NCBI GenBank assembly: GCA_007118445.1 | Contig: SKRP01000134.1 | Span: forward strand, 1-49,989 | Direction: 5' to 3' | Origin: Natronohydrobacter sp. | GTDB lineage: Bacteria; Pseudomonadota; Alphaproteobacteria; Rhodobacterales; Rhodobacteraceae | DNA: 49,989 nucleotides | The notes under the pieces: model-generated | What the model saw: the letters and a program-made list of their open reading frames with translations, nothing else | The model's database searches: none | Told to the model about the DNA's origin: nothing | Shown: in pieces, positions 18,794-28,604 of the stretch | Numbering within the stretch: position 1 is the first letter of the stretch | Layout: each line of letters opens with the position of its first letter | Made by a program: the position numbers and the translations under genes

Positions 18794-18951
18794 AGCGGCA
18801 GACATAGCCCGCAAAGCACCGGGAGCAATCGGCTGTGACACGTATCCCACAACCGCAATCGCGCAGCCAGAATCAAGTTGCTTTGGCAGGGGCGCTCACT
18901 ATTCTGTGATCCGTAACGCGCTCCGGGCGCAACAGCACAGGGATGCTTGTT

Positions 18952-20403
18952 ATGGCGCGCAAAGCGGGCGTTTTTCATACACTCAAGATCGCGGCACTCG
19001 CCGTAACCTGTCACGCCTTGTGGGATGCACAGCCTGCTTCAGCCCAGAGCCTGACATTCGAAACCGGGTTCGAACGGTTGCATTCCCCCAAGACGACCAT
19101 CGAAGGTCTGCACCGCTTCTATATCGGCTATCAGGCCACGCCTACCCTGAGTTTCGGGCAATCGATCTATTCCGGCGCGATCGGCAATGCGGGCGGGGCC
19201 TTCTTCTGGGGGTTCGAAGGCGTGGCGCGGCTGCCCCTGTCCGAAGGGCTTTCGGTTTCTGCCTCGGGCTTTGTCGGCGGTGGTGGCGGTGCCTTGCAGG
19301 TGATCGGGGACGGCACCATGCTGCGCGCGGGTCTGGCGCTGGATTACCAGGTCTCGCAGGACTGGGCCGTACAGGCGACAGGGTCATGGATCCGCATTGC
19401 AGGGGCACCGATCAACGGCCCGGCTTTCGGTCTTGGTCTGCGGCGTCAGATCGGCACAAGCGCGCCCGGCGGCTGGCAGCCGGTTCTAGATTCGGCCGGG
19501 ATCTTCACCACGGGGCTGAGCAGCCCCTCGGGTGTGCTTGACCGCAACGGCAATCCGCAACCAAACGTGGCATTGGTGGGCGCGCGGGCGCTGTTTGATC
19601 TGGGCGACCAGCTGCAGCTGAGCCTGAGCACTGCGGGCGCAGCTTCCGGAGCGCAGGGCTATATGCAGGTCATGACCGGGCTGCGGCGCAGTTTCGCTTT
19701 TGGCAATGCGGCGCTGTTCATCGATGGCAATGCGGGTTTCGGCGGTGGCGGCCATATCGACACGGGCGCGGGCCCGCTTTTCGAGGCCGCAGCGGGGCTG
19801 CGCCTGCCGGTCACGCAGGCGCTTGATGCAGAACTCAGCCTGAGCGGCGTGGTCGCGCCAACGGGCAGTTTCCGGGCGGGCGCGGTCTCGCTCGGGCTGA
19901 TGCGGAATTTCGAACGCACGCGCCGGATGCGCGTCGCGGCCACGCAGATCGGGTCCGAGCGCTGGGCCTATAGCGGTGGCTTCTCGATCCAGCGGACCGG
20001 GCCGGGGTATTTTCTGAACAACAATACCGCGCGCCATGTGGTGATGCAGGAAAGCGCCTTTGACTACTTCATCGGGCAGAATACGTATGTCAGCGGGATT
20101 GGCCAGACCACGGTCTATGGCGGGGCTGCAGGATATGCGGTCGGGCTACTGGGTCTGGGCTATCAGCTTGAGCTGTCCCCGCGCTGGGCAGTCGCGCTGG
20201 AAGGGCATGTCGGGGCCGCAGGCGGCGGCGGCGTAAACACGGCAGGCGGCATTGTCGGCAGCCTGCGCGGTGAGCTGGATTACCGCGTCACCGAGAATTT
20301 CGCGCTGTCGCTGGGGCTGGGTCAGTTGCGGACCGCGCGCAGCTCTGGCATGTCGAGCCACTTTGCTTCGGTCGGCGTCAAGATCCCTTTCACCACGCGC
20401 TGA
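18952..20403 (+). CDS. Outer-membrane beta-barrel protein with three internal repeats, uncharacterised
   Basis: Signal peptide ending PASA, amphipathic strands, three Gly-rich repeats of about 150 aa, C-terminal VKIPF; start could be 18943. Confidence 0.75.
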   Translation: MARKAGVFHTLKIAALAVTCHALWDAQPASAQSLTFETGFERLHSPKTTIEGLHRFYIGYQATPTLSFGQSIYSGAIGNAGGAFFWGFEGVARLPLSEGLSVSASGFVGGGGGALQVIGDGTMLRAGLALDYQVSQDWAVQATGSWIRIAGAPINGPAFGLGLRRQIGTSAPGGWQPVLDSAGIFTTGLSSPSGVLDRNGNPQPNVALVGARALFDLGDQLQLSLSTAGAASGAQGYMQVMTGLRRSFAFGNAALFIDGNAGFGGGGHIDTGAGPLFEAAAGLRLPVTQALDAELSLSGVVAPTGSFRAGAVSLGLMRNFERTRRMRVAATQIGSERWAYSGGFSIQRTGPGYFLNNNTARHVVMQESAFDYFIGQNTYVSGIGQTTVYGGAAGYAVGLLGLGYQLELSPRWAVALEGHVGAAGGGGVNTAGGIVGSLRGELDYRVTENFALSLGLGQLRTARSSGMSSHFASVGVKIPFTTR

Positions 20404-20414
20404 AAAGCCGCCTG

Positions 20415-21551
20415 TCAGGACGCGCCCTTGGGCATGGGTGTCGCGTGACTGGTGTAATCGGCCCAATCCTCGATATCGGGGTAGAATTGCCGCCGCCATG
20501 CCTTGACCCGCGGGTTCATGTAGCGCCGGAAGAGCGGCGGGCACATGGCGAGCGTGGTCAGGGCCGGGTAGCCATAGGGCAGTTGCGGGGCCGCGGTTTC
20601 GTCATAGGTCTGCAAGAGCGGAAAGCGGCGGTCGGGCTTGTAATGATGGTCCGAATGGCGCTGCAGGTTGATCATCAGCCAGTTTGACGCCGCGTGCGAA
20701 GCGTTCCAGCTGTGATGCGGGCGCACGGGTTCATATTTGCCGTTCCCCAGATAGCGCCGGGTCAGGCCGTAATGTTCGATGTAATTCGTGAGTTCCAGAT
20801 GCCAGAAGGCGACTGCCGCCTGAAACACGAACAGCAACAACCCCCACCAGCCGCCGATGGCTGCCGCCAGCGCCAGCATCGCGCCTTGCAGGGCGGCAAA
20901 CCGCCAGAACGGATTCGAGCGGTGCCACCAGGGCAGGCCCTTGCGTTTCAGCATCGCCGCTTCCGCGCGAAAGGCCGAGGGCGGGCAGTCGCGCAGCACC
21001 CGGAAGAAATAGCTGATGAAGCCTTCATTGTAGCGCGCCGTCACCGGGTCGCGGGGCGTGCCGACATAGCGGTGGTGGACCAGCAGATGTTCGGAGCGGA
21101 AATGCGAGTACAGCACCGAGGCCAGCAGCAGGTCCGCCAGCCAGCGCTCGATCGCGGTTTTCTGGTGCAGCAGTTCATGCGCATAGACAATGCCGATGAC
21201 CCCGGTCATCACACCCAGCCCGAACACCACGCCCAGTTGTTCCCACCATGGCAGCGCGCCTTGCGCCAGCACCCAGAGCACGCCGAAGATCGTCGCGAAC
21301 TGGATCGGGAACCAGATCAATGTAATCAGTCGATACCAGAACAGATCCGTCACCGGGGTCTCGGTATCTGGGTTTTCGACATTCAGCCCGGTGATGAAAT
21401 CAATGAGCGTGAAGGCCCACCAGCCATAAGCCACGGCCAGCATGAACCACCAGCCGCCCCAGAGCGCCGAGAGCCAGACCAGCGGCACGAAACCGAGGCT
21501 GACCCAGAACGGCACAGCAGCGCTGAAGCGGCGGAATTGGTCCGGTGTCAC
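20415..21551 (-). CDS. alkB: Alkane 1-monooxygenase (AlkB family membrane diiron enzyme)
   Basis: His boxes HELLH, EHLLVHH, NYIEHYG and LQRHSDHH; GTG start at 21551 inferred. Confidence 0.92.
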   Translation of the reverse strand: MTPDQFRRFSAAVPFWVSLGFVPLVWLSALWGGWWFMLAVAYGWWAFTLIDFITGLNVENPDTETPVTDLFWYRLITLIWFPIQFATIFGVLWVLAQGALPWWEQLGVVFGLGVMTGVIGIVYAHELLHQKTAIERWLADLLLASVLYSHFRSEHLLVHHRYVGTPRDPVTARYNEGFISYFFRVLRDCPPSAFRAEAAMLKRKGLPWWHRSNPFWRFAALQGAMLALAAAIGGWWGLLLFVFQAAVAFWHLELTNYIEHYGLTRRYLGNGKYEPVRPHHSWNASHAASNWLMINLQRHSDHHYKPDRRFPLLQTYDETAAPQLPYGYPALTTLAMCPPLFRRYMNPRVKAWRRQFYPDIEDWADYTSHATPMPKGAS

Positions 21552-21633
21552 AGTGGTTTGCCCGTCAGTGAATACACCCGCAAACCATACCGCAAATTCC
21601 AGCCGCTGCCAGCCCCGCAGGGCTGCGACAGAG

Positions 21634-22134
21634 TTACGCTTTGAATTTACCGACAAGCCCTTCCATCAGCGAGGGCTGCACCACTTCGATCCAGTAACCG
21701 TCAGGATCGAGGATGAAGGCGATTTCCTTCATGCCGCCCTCGCCCAGCCGTTTCTGGAAACGCACGCCCATCGCGTCAAACCGCGCGCAGGCCGCTTCGA
21801 TATCGGGCACGGAAATGCAGATATGGCCGAAACCCTTGGGCTCGGAATTGCCCGAATGCATCTCGGTGTCATCAGATTCGGTCCCCCAGTTATGGGTCAG
21901 TTCCAGCAGCCCGGCGCGGCTGAAACTCTGTTCAACCGACCCATCGGCGCAATCGGCATGCCCGCGCGGCTGCAGGAAATAGAGCGAAAACTTCGCTTCC
22001 GGGAAATCAAGCTGCGTGACCAGCCGGAAGCCCAGCACATCGCGATAGAAGCTCAGCGCGCGCTCGGGATCCTTGATGCGCAGCATGGTATGGGTCAGCA
22101 CATATTGGTCGGTCTCGCTCAGATCGTTGGTCAT
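21634..22134 (-). CDS. gloA: Lactoylglutathione lyase (glyoxalase I), long form
   Basis: HTMLRIKDP, FSLYFL, LELTHNWGTE, GFGHICISVPD and AFILDPDGYWIE. Confidence 0.93.
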   Translation of the reverse strand: MTNDLSETDQYVLTHTMLRIKDPERALSFYRDVLGFRLVTQLDFPEAKFSLYFLQPRGHADCADGSVEQSFSRAGLLELTHNWGTESDDTEMHSGNSEPKGFGHICISVPDIEAACARFDAMGVRFQKRLGEGGMKEIAFILDPDGYWIEVVQPSLMEGLVGKFKA

Positions 22135-23186
22135 GTGGCCTCCAGGTGTCGCAGATATTCCGCACCCAGAGCATGGGCCTTGCGCATCACTGTGGCAAGG
22201 GCACGCAGGTCGAAACTGTCAGGCGCGATGAAATCGCCGGGCGCGTCCAGTGGCAGGCGGGCCACGCGCAGGCTCAGGCGCAGGTGGAAATGGGTGAAGG
22301 TGTGGCGGACCTCGCCGGGGACGGCGTGCCAGTCGGCAGCGAGCGGCGGGACGTCGAGCGGGGTTTCTTCGCGCCAGTCGCTGCCGGGCCAGCCAAGCAT
22401 CCCGCCCAGCAGGCCGCGATCCGGGCGGCGCTCCATCAGCCATGCACCATCGGCGCGCTGGCCCAGATAGGCGATGCCGAAGCGGATGGGTTTTGCAGCT
22501 TTGCGGGTCTTGCGCGGCAGGCTGGCCGCCGTGCCCGCCGCGCGTGCGGCGCAATGGTCCATCAGCGGGCAAATGCCGCAGGCCGGGTTGCGCGGGGTGC
22601 AGATCGTGGCACCCAGGTCCATCACCGCCTGCGCGTAATCGCCGGGGCGCTGGGTGGGCGTAAGGCTTGCGGCCAGTCCGGTCAGGACCGGCTTGGCAGC
22701 GGGCAAGGGCGTGTGTTCATCGAAAAGCCGCGCCATGACGCGCTCGACATTGCCATCGACCACGGTCTCGGGCTGGTCAAAGGCAATCGCTGCAATCGCC
22801 GCCGAGGTATAGGGACCGATCCCCGGCAATGCCTGCAGCCCGGCCCTGTCGCGCGGAAACCCGCCCTGCCCCGCGACTTCGCGCGCACATTTCAGCAGGT
22901 TGCGCGCGCGGGCGTAATAGCCAAGCCCTGCCCATTCGGCCATGACATCGGCATCCTGCGCTGCGGCCAGCGCATCGATTGTGGGCCAGCGCGCCGTGAA
23001 ACGGTGGAAATAGTCCTTCACCGCAGCGACTGTCGTCTGTTGCAGCATGACTTCGGACAGCCAGATGCGGTAGGGATCGGGCCGCGCGTCACTGCCCGGC
23101 GGCACGCGCCACGGCAGAACCCTTGCGTGACGATCATACCAATCCAGCAGGACCGGCGCGATGGGCTGTGTTGCTGCGTCACGCAT
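22131..23186 (-). CDS. mutY: A/G-specific adenine glycosylase
   Basis: SEVMLQQT, WAGLGYYARARNL, HhH LPGIGPYT, VDGNV.RV and 4Fe-4S motif CTPRNPACGICPL..HC. Confidence 0.96.
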   Translation of the reverse strand: MRDAATQPIAPVLLDWYDRHARVLPWRVPPGSDARPDPYRIWLSEVMLQQTTVAAVKDYFHRFTARWPTIDALAAAQDADVMAEWAGLGYYARARNLLKCAREVAGQGGFPRDRAGLQALPGIGPYTSAAIAAIAFDQPETVVDGNVERVMARLFDEHTPLPAAKPVLTGLAASLTPTQRPGDYAQAVMDLGATICTPRNPACGICPLMDHCAARAAGTAASLPRKTRKAAKPIRFGIAYLGQRADGAWLMERRPDRGLLGGMLGWPGSDWREETPLDVPPLAADWHAVPGEVRHTFTHFHLRLSLRVARLPLDAPGDFIAPDSFDLRALATVMRKAHALGAEYLRHLEAT

Positions 23187-23279
23187 GTTTGACGCCCTGT
23201 ACTTACGAAAATCCACCCAACCCTCTGGCCAAGCGCGCCTCAAGAAGTAAACTCCGACCCGAACAGTGCAAGGAAGAAC

Positions 23280-23825
23280 GTGACCGCGATGGCCAAAGCC
23301 CCTGCCCCCCTGTCCCGCCGGATGCGCGGTTTCGAGGCCGCATCCCGGCTGGTGGAAACCCGTATCCGCAAGGCAGGCGAATCGCGCGGCTTTGCCATCT
23401 CGCGGCTGCTGACGCATTGGGCCGAGATCGCCGGGCCGGATATCGCCGCGCAATGCCGGCCTGTGAAAGTGGGCTACAGCAAAGGGGGGCTGGGCGGCAC
23501 GCTGACGCTTCTGACCACTGGTGCTGCCGGGCCGATGCTGCAGATGCAACTGCCTGCGCTGCGCGAGCGGGTGAATGCCTGTTACGGCTATAATGCGATT
23601 GCGCGCATTACCCTCACCCAGACCGCGCCCACAGGATTTTCAGAGGGTCAGGCGCAATTCGATACGGCCCCGCAACCCGCGCCGCGCGCAGTCGCGCCGG
23701 AAATACAGTCGCAAGCGCGCGCAAGCGCCGCGCCAGTGCAGGATGACACCCTGCGCGCAGCGCTGGAACGGCTGGCCTGCAATGTCCTGAACAGGGCGCA
23801 ACAGAATAAAGGAACGCCAAGATGA
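23280..23825 (+). CDS. DUF721 / DciA-like protein
   Basis: GFAISRLLTHWAEIAG...ERVNACYGYNAIARI.LTQ; conserved mutY-divergent position before dsbA; start could be 23289. Confidence 0.85.
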   Translation: MTAMAKAPAPLSRRMRGFEAASRLVETRIRKAGESRGFAISRLLTHWAEIAGPDIAAQCRPVKVGYSKGGLGGTLTLLTTGAAGPMLQMQLPALRERVNACYGYNAIARITLTQTAPTGFSEGQAQFDTAPQPAPRAVAPEIQSQARASAAPVQDDTLRAALERLACNVLNRAQQNKGTPR

Positions 23826-24478
23826 ACAAGATGATCCTGCCTGCTCTGGCCATTGCGGTTGCCGCCGGTGCCGGAGGCTGGTGGTTCATGACCCAGAACC
23901 AGAGCCCCCCAGTCGCCGCGGCGAGCACGCCCACAGGTCAGGCCACGGAAATCCATGCGCTGGATTTCCCGCTGGGCAATCCGGATGCATCGGTTGTGGT
24001 GGTGGAGTATTCCTCTTTCACCTGCCCGCATTGTGCCACGTTCAATCAGGGCGCATTCCAGCAGATCAAGGAAAATTTCATCGACACGGATCAGATCCTG
24101 TTTCTGAAACGCGAAGTCTATTTCGACCGCTACGGGCTCTGGGCCGGGATGGTCGCACGCTGCGGGGGCGGGACGCGCTATCACGGCATGGTCGAGCTGA
24201 TTTATGACACCCAGAGCAGCTGGGCGGGATCGAATGATCCGGCCGTCGTGGCCGACAACCTGCGCCGTCTGGGCCGTCAGGCCGGGATGAGCAATGACGA
24301 GATCAACGCCTGTCTGGAAGATGCCGACAAGGCGCTGGAGCTGACCGAGTTCTATCAGGCCAATGCCGAAAGATACGGTATCCGCTCGACGCCCAGTTTC
24401 GTGATCAATGGCGAGCTGTTCTCGAACATGCCCTATGCCGAATTCGAGCGCGTGCTGACCGAAAAGCTGGGTGGGTAA
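23822..24478 (+). CDS. DsbA-family thiol:disulfide oxidoreductase
   Basis: N-terminal anchor, LGNPDA, EYSSFTCPHC and cis-Pro motif STPSF.ING. Confidence 0.92.
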   Translation: MNKMILPALAIAVAAGAGGWWFMTQNQSPPVAAASTPTGQATEIHALDFPLGNPDASVVVVEYSSFTCPHCATFNQGAFQQIKENFIDTDQILFLKREVYFDRYGLWAGMVARCGGGTRYHGMVELIYDTQSSWAGSNDPAVVADNLRRLGRQAGMSNDEINACLEDADKALELTEFYQANAERYGIRSTPSFVINGELFSNMPYAEFERVLTEKLGG

Positions 24479-24483
24479 GCCCC

Positions 24484-25599
24484 ATGCCCGGCCCGCTGGA
24501 AGGCGTCCGCGTCATTGAACTTGCGCGGATTCTGGCTGGTCCCTGGGCCGGTCAGACCCTCGCCGATCTGGGCGCAGAGGTGATCAAGGTCGAATCCCCC
24601 GAGGGCGATGACACGCGCCGTTGGGGGCCGCCCTTCATCGCCCGCGCGGATGGATCGCAGGACGCGGCCTATTTCCATTCGACCAATCGCGGCAAGGCAT
24701 CCGTGACTGCCGATTTCCGCACGCCCGAAGGTCAGGAAAAGGTCCGCGCGCTGGTGGCGGATGCAGATGTGCTGATCGAGAATTTCAAACTGGGGGGGCT
24801 GGCAAAATACGGGCTGGATTACGACAGCCTGTCGGCGCTGAACCCGCGGCTGGTCTATTGCTCGATCACGGGCTTCGGTCAGACCGGCCCCTATGCCCAT
24901 CGCGCAGGCTATGACTATATCATTCAGGGCATGTCCGGCCTGATGTCGGTCACGGGTCCGGCGGATGGTGCCCCGCACAAGGTGGGCGTCGCTGTCACCG
25001 ATATCGTGACCGGCATCTATGCCAGCACCGCGATTCTGGCCGCCCTGCATGAACGCGCGCGCAGCGGGCTGGGGCAACATATCGACATGGCGCTGATGGA
25101 TTCGGCGGTGGCGCTGATGGCCAATCAGGCGATGAATTATCTCGCAACCGGAGGTGCCCCGAAACGGCTGGGCAATTTTCACCCCAATCTCGCCCCTTAT
25201 CAGACCGTGCCATGCGCGGACGGGCATATCATCATCGCCACAGGCAATGACGGACAGTATCAGCGGCTTTGCGAGCTGCTGGATCTGACAGACCTCGTGG
25301 CGCATCCTGATTTCGCGACCAATGCCGCGCGGGTGCGCAATCGCGATGCGCTATCAGACCGGATCAGCGCGGCGACCCGGCATTGGGAAAGCGCTACATT
25401 GCTGGCGGCCTGCGAGCGCGCAGGTGTTCCCGCCGGTCCCATCCGGGATATGGACGCAGTTTTTGCCGATCCGCAGGTGCAGGCCCGCGATCTGATGCTG
25501 GATATGGACGGGCTGAAAGGCGTGCGCGCTCCGTTTCGCTTTTCCCGCCATCCGCTGGCGCAGGGGCGTCCGGCCCCGATGCTCGGCGAGGATGACTGA
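24484..25599 (+). CDS. CoA-transferase family III (CaiB/BaiF)
   Basis: PLEGVRVIELARILAGP, LADLGAEVIKVE, ADVLIENFK and GYDYIIQG. Confidence 0.93.
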   Translation: MPGPLEGVRVIELARILAGPWAGQTLADLGAEVIKVESPEGDDTRRWGPPFIARADGSQDAAYFHSTNRGKASVTADFRTPEGQEKVRALVADADVLIENFKLGGLAKYGLDYDSLSALNPRLVYCSITGFGQTGPYAHRAGYDYIIQGMSGLMSVTGPADGAPHKVGVAVTDIVTGIYASTAILAALHERARSGLGQHIDMALMDSAVALMANQAMNYLATGGAPKRLGNFHPNLAPYQTVPCADGHIIIATGNDGQYQRLCELLDLTDLVAHPDFATNAARVRNRDALSDRISAATRHWESATLLAACERAGVPAGPIRDMDAVFADPQVQARDLMLDMDGLKGVRAPFRFSRHPLAQGRPAPMLGEDD

Positions 25600-25626
25600 C
25601 CCTGAGATGATCATGGCCCGCGCATG

Positions 25627-25660
25627 AAAAAGCCCCCTGCAGCAAACTGCAGGGGGCTTT
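25627..25660. terminator. Bidirectional intrinsic terminator
   Basis: AAAAAGCCCCCTGCAG-CAAA-CTGCAGGGGGCTTT between convergent genes. Confidence 0.88.
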
Positions 25661-25677
25661 GGTCAGACATTCCGGCC

Positions 25678-26307
25678 TCAGAAACGGAACGCCAACCCGA
25701 CCCCGGCCCCAAGTGTGCGCGTGCGGTCATTGGCCGATCCGACCCCGTTGATGGCCGTGTAGCTCACCGACCCGCGTAGCATGAGCGAGTCCGTCAGCAT
25801 GTGATCCAGCCCCAGCTGGCCGGTCAGCCCGGTCGAGGTTTCGGACCCTGCCGCACCGCTGGTGCGCAGAAACGCGGGGCCGGCACCGGCATAGGCCAGA
25901 GTGCGGCCATCCGCTGTCACCGGCGCGCCTGCGGTCAGAAGCAGCGCTCCCCCTGCGCGCAGACGATCCCCGCCCGGCAGCCTTGGCGACCCGAAGGCAA
26001 ATGGCGCGAGCTGCGCCTCTGCGCCGATCACGGCATCGCCCATATCGAGGCGGTAACCAGCAAAGAGACCACCGGCGGCAGAGGTTCCGCGATTGCCGCC
26101 GTCCAGCGACATACGCCCGAAGCCCAGAGCTGCACCAGCATAGCCCCCGGTCCAGTCAAAGCGAGGTGCGGCCACTGGCGCGGCAGGCGGCTGAATCACC
26201 GGCTCCGACGGGGCCGGGGCGGATTTCGAGCCGCTGCCGGCTGCTGCACCGGTCGCAACCATGGCGGCTGCGGCGGCAAATGCGAGTATCCTTGTCATAT
26301 CCATCAT
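25678..26307 (-). CDS. Outer-membrane protein, Omp25/RopB-like 8-stranded barrel
   Basis: Signal peptide, Pro-rich linker, FDWTGGYAG and C-terminal beta-signal GLAFRF. Confidence 0.88.
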   Translation of the reverse strand: MMDMTRILAFAAAAAMVATGAAAGSGSKSAPAPSEPVIQPPAAPVAAPRFDWTGGYAGAALGFGRMSLDGGNRGTSAAGGLFAGYRLDMGDAVIGAEAQLAPFAFGSPRLPGGDRLRAGGALLLTAGAPVTADGRTLAYAGAGPAFLRTSGAAGSETSTGLTGQLGLDHMLTDSLMLRGSVSYTAINGVGSANDRTRTLGAGVGLAFRF

Positions 26308-26529
26308 GCTCCTGTTTCAGATGGTTCAAACATCCTTGAACCCTGCGTATCAGACCAACCGATCATCCGGGGACCGGACATGGTCACACACACGCCATAG
26401 AATAAGGCTGCGCAGGGCGTGGATTAAGCCTGCCCGCGCTCACGTTCACAGGAGCAGAACGTGATCAAACCAGGTTATTGAAAATGAAATAGAAAATACC
26501 GGCTGAATCCCGCCGTGACGGGCGCGACG

Positions 26530-26799
26530 CTACATGCCTTCGCCAAAACGATCCTCGACAAGCGTTACCAGCGCGCGGGCCAGCTCGGCATGCTGCGCGC
26601 CTCTGGTGCGCACCTGGATCGATGTGCCGCGCGAGGCCGCGAGCATCAGAAGCCCCATGATCGAATCGCCCGGGACGCTCATGCCGTCCTTCATCACTTC
26701 CGCTGTCGCCTCATGCGCCTCAACCACTTCGACAAATTTCGCCGAAGCCCGCGCATGCAGGCCCTTCTCATTGATGATGTGCAATTCGATTTCGGTCAT
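26530..26799 (-). CDS. ptsH: Phosphocarrier protein HPr/NPr
   Basis: GLHARASAK (active-site His) and SIMGLLML (regulatory Ser). Confidence 0.93.
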   Translation of the reverse strand: MTEIELHIINEKGLHARASAKFVEVVEAHEATAEVMKDGMSVPGDSIMGLLMLAASRGTSIQVRTRGAQHAELARALVTLVEDRFGEGM

Positions 26800-26819
26800 A
26801 CTACGCCCTGATATCCGCC

Positions 26820-27209
26820 CTAGCGGCTGATTTCGATGGAATTGATATACTTGCGCCCGGCTTCCAACGCGACCGTTGTCGCCTCTTCCAGACCAAGCTG
26901 GCGCGATTTCGCCAGTTTGATCAGCATCGGCAGATTGGCACCGTAAAGAATACGCCGCTCCGGACCGGCACAGGCAGGCATGGACAGATTCGACGGCGAT
27001 CCGCCAAACATATCAGTTACCACAACGACGCCCGCGCCCTCATCGACCGCATCCGCAGCGGCTGCAATCTCGGCCTGTTTTGCAGAACGGTCATGATCAT
27101 ATTCGATGGAAATCGCGGCCATGCCCGCCTGTTTGCCGATCACATGCTCTATGGCTGCGAGATATTCGCGCGCCAGTCCTCCATGGGCAACGATCACGAT
27201 CCCGATCAC
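26820..27209 (-). CDS. manX: PTS EIIA component, mannose family (ManX-like)
   Basis: IGIVIVAHG, TDMFGGSPSN and GANLPML. Confidence 0.9.
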   Translation of the reverse strand: MIGIVIVAHGGLAREYLAAIEHVIGKQAGMAAISIEYDHDRSAKQAEIAAAADAVDEGAGVVVVTDMFGGSPSNLSMPACAGPERRILYGANLPMLIKLAKSRQLGLEEATTVALEAGRKYINSIEISR

Positions 27210-27217
27210 GTGACGAT

Positions 27218-28156
27218 CTATCCGCTTTGTTCATCCACGGCCTGCGCCGCGGTCCGTTCCAGTTCCCTGTGCCGTTTAGACACCTGCCATCCCGCTTGCA
27301 CAAGTGCATTTGACAGTTTTTCTGCCAGAGCCACCGATCTGTGTTGCCCGCCCGTGCATCCGAAGCTGATCGAGACCTGCGATTTCCCCTCATGCGCGTA
27401 TTCCGGCAACAAGCTTTCAACCAGATCGCGAACCCGGCGGAAAAACGCGCTGCAGCGCGGGTCCATGTTGATGAATTCGACAACTGCCGCATCCCGGCCT
27501 GTCAGCGCGCGCAAGCCGGGTTGCCAATGCGGGTTGTTCAGGAAACGGCAGTCAAAGACCAGATCCGCCCCGGCCGGAAGGCCGCGCTTGTAGGAAAAGG
27601 ATTCAACCCAGACGCGCATCGCAGCGTGATCCGGGGCGGCAAACAGTTCGTGCAGCCGCGCGCGCAGATCATGCGGTGTCATCTGCCCGGTATCGATCAG
27701 CATATCCGCACGCTGGCGGACCGGGCGCAACAGCTCTGCCTCGAGCGCGATCCCCTCGCGCGGGGCACCTTCCGGGCTGAGCGGATGACGGCGCCGGGTT
27801 TCCGAATAGCGGTGGATCAGGCGCGGCACCGAACAGTCCAGATAGACCAGCTCGAAATCGAACCGCTGCGAGACCGCGAGTTCTGCGACCAGCGACAGCA
27901 GCCCGTCCACTGCGAAATCACGGTTGCGCGGATCAAGCACCAGCGCAAGGGGGCGCTCCAGCGGTTCGGCCACCAGCCGCCGCACCAGCCGGATCGGCAT
28001 GTTGTCGATGGCCTCGAAGCCGACATCCTCGAGCGCCCGAAGCGCTGTGCTGCGCCCGGCACCCGAAGGCCCGGTCAGCAGAACCAGCTTTTCAGGCGCG
28101 GGACCGGGTCCGGCCAGCCGGTCGGCATTCTGTGTAGCGGGGTCATGCCGGGACAT
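27218..28156 (-). CDS. rapZ: RNase adapter / P-loop protein RapZ (YvcJ family)
   Basis: TGPSGAGRS, IDNMP, RYSETRRRHP, FDCRFLNNP and GCTGGQHRSV. Confidence 0.94.
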   Translation of the reverse strand: MSRHDPATQNADRLAGPGPAPEKLVLLTGPSGAGRSTALRALEDVGFEAIDNMPIRLVRRLVAEPLERPLALVLDPRNRDFAVDGLLSLVAELAVSQRFDFELVYLDCSVPRLIHRYSETRRRHPLSPEGAPREGIALEAELLRPVRQRADMLIDTGQMTPHDLRARLHELFAAPDHAAMRVWVESFSYKRGLPAGADLVFDCRFLNNPHWQPGLRALTGRDAAVVEFINMDPRCSAFFRRVRDLVESLLPEYAHEGKSQVSISFGCTGGQHRSVALAEKLSNALVQAGWQVSKRHRELERTAAQAVDEQSG

Positions 28157-28604
28157 CAGAGGGGTCCTCGTCTTGCCATTGTCGTGCCTTTACATAGCAC
28201 GCCACGCCGATTGCAAAGGCCCGGTCCGGACACGTCTTCAGGAGCGGCAAGCGCAGTCCCAGCAATTCCATGTGATGGCGCGGCGGCAGGCGCACAGGTT
28301 CCGGCCTGTCCTGGTCTACGACCAGCACCAGCGGAACCCCGCTGACCGGCGCGACGCGCAGCAGGCCAAGGCCGCGCAGCTCGATCCGGCCGCGCAGCGC
28401 CGCCGGGGCCGAAAGCCGGATGCAATCGCCGTCGCGGCGCAATTCGGTCTGGTCATCGGCGACAAGCCGCGCACCCTGCCCGATCAGTTCAAGCGCCAGC
28501 CCGGATTTCCCGGAACCCGAGCGCCCGAGGATCAGCACACCTGCCCAGCCGTCACAGAGCTCGAATGCCACTGCCGAGCCATGCAGGCAGTCCGCCGCGC
28601 TCAC
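28143..28604 (-). CDS. hprK: HPr kinase/phosphorylase, short alphaproteobacterial form
   Basis: LHGSAV, GVLILGRSGSGKS, LVADD and IELRGLG; GTGA overlap with the chvG stop. Confidence 0.85.
   Translation of the reverse strand: MSAADCLHGSAVAFELCDGWAGVLILGRSGSGKSGLALELIGQGARLVADDQTELRRDGDCIRLSAPAALRGRIELRGLGLLRVAPVSGVPLVLVVDQDRPEPVRLPPRHHMELLGLRLPLLKTCPDRAFAIGVACYVKARQWQDEDPSDVPA

Noticed and set aside
18834-18851. PpsR/CrtJ-type TGT-N12-ACA site
   Set aside because: Single low-information match with no photosynthesis or tetrapyrrole genes nearby
20415-21551. alkB as part of a dedicated alkane-degradation island
   Set aside because: No rubredoxin, reductase or regulator adjacent; a lone alkB near mutY is, from memory, common in this family
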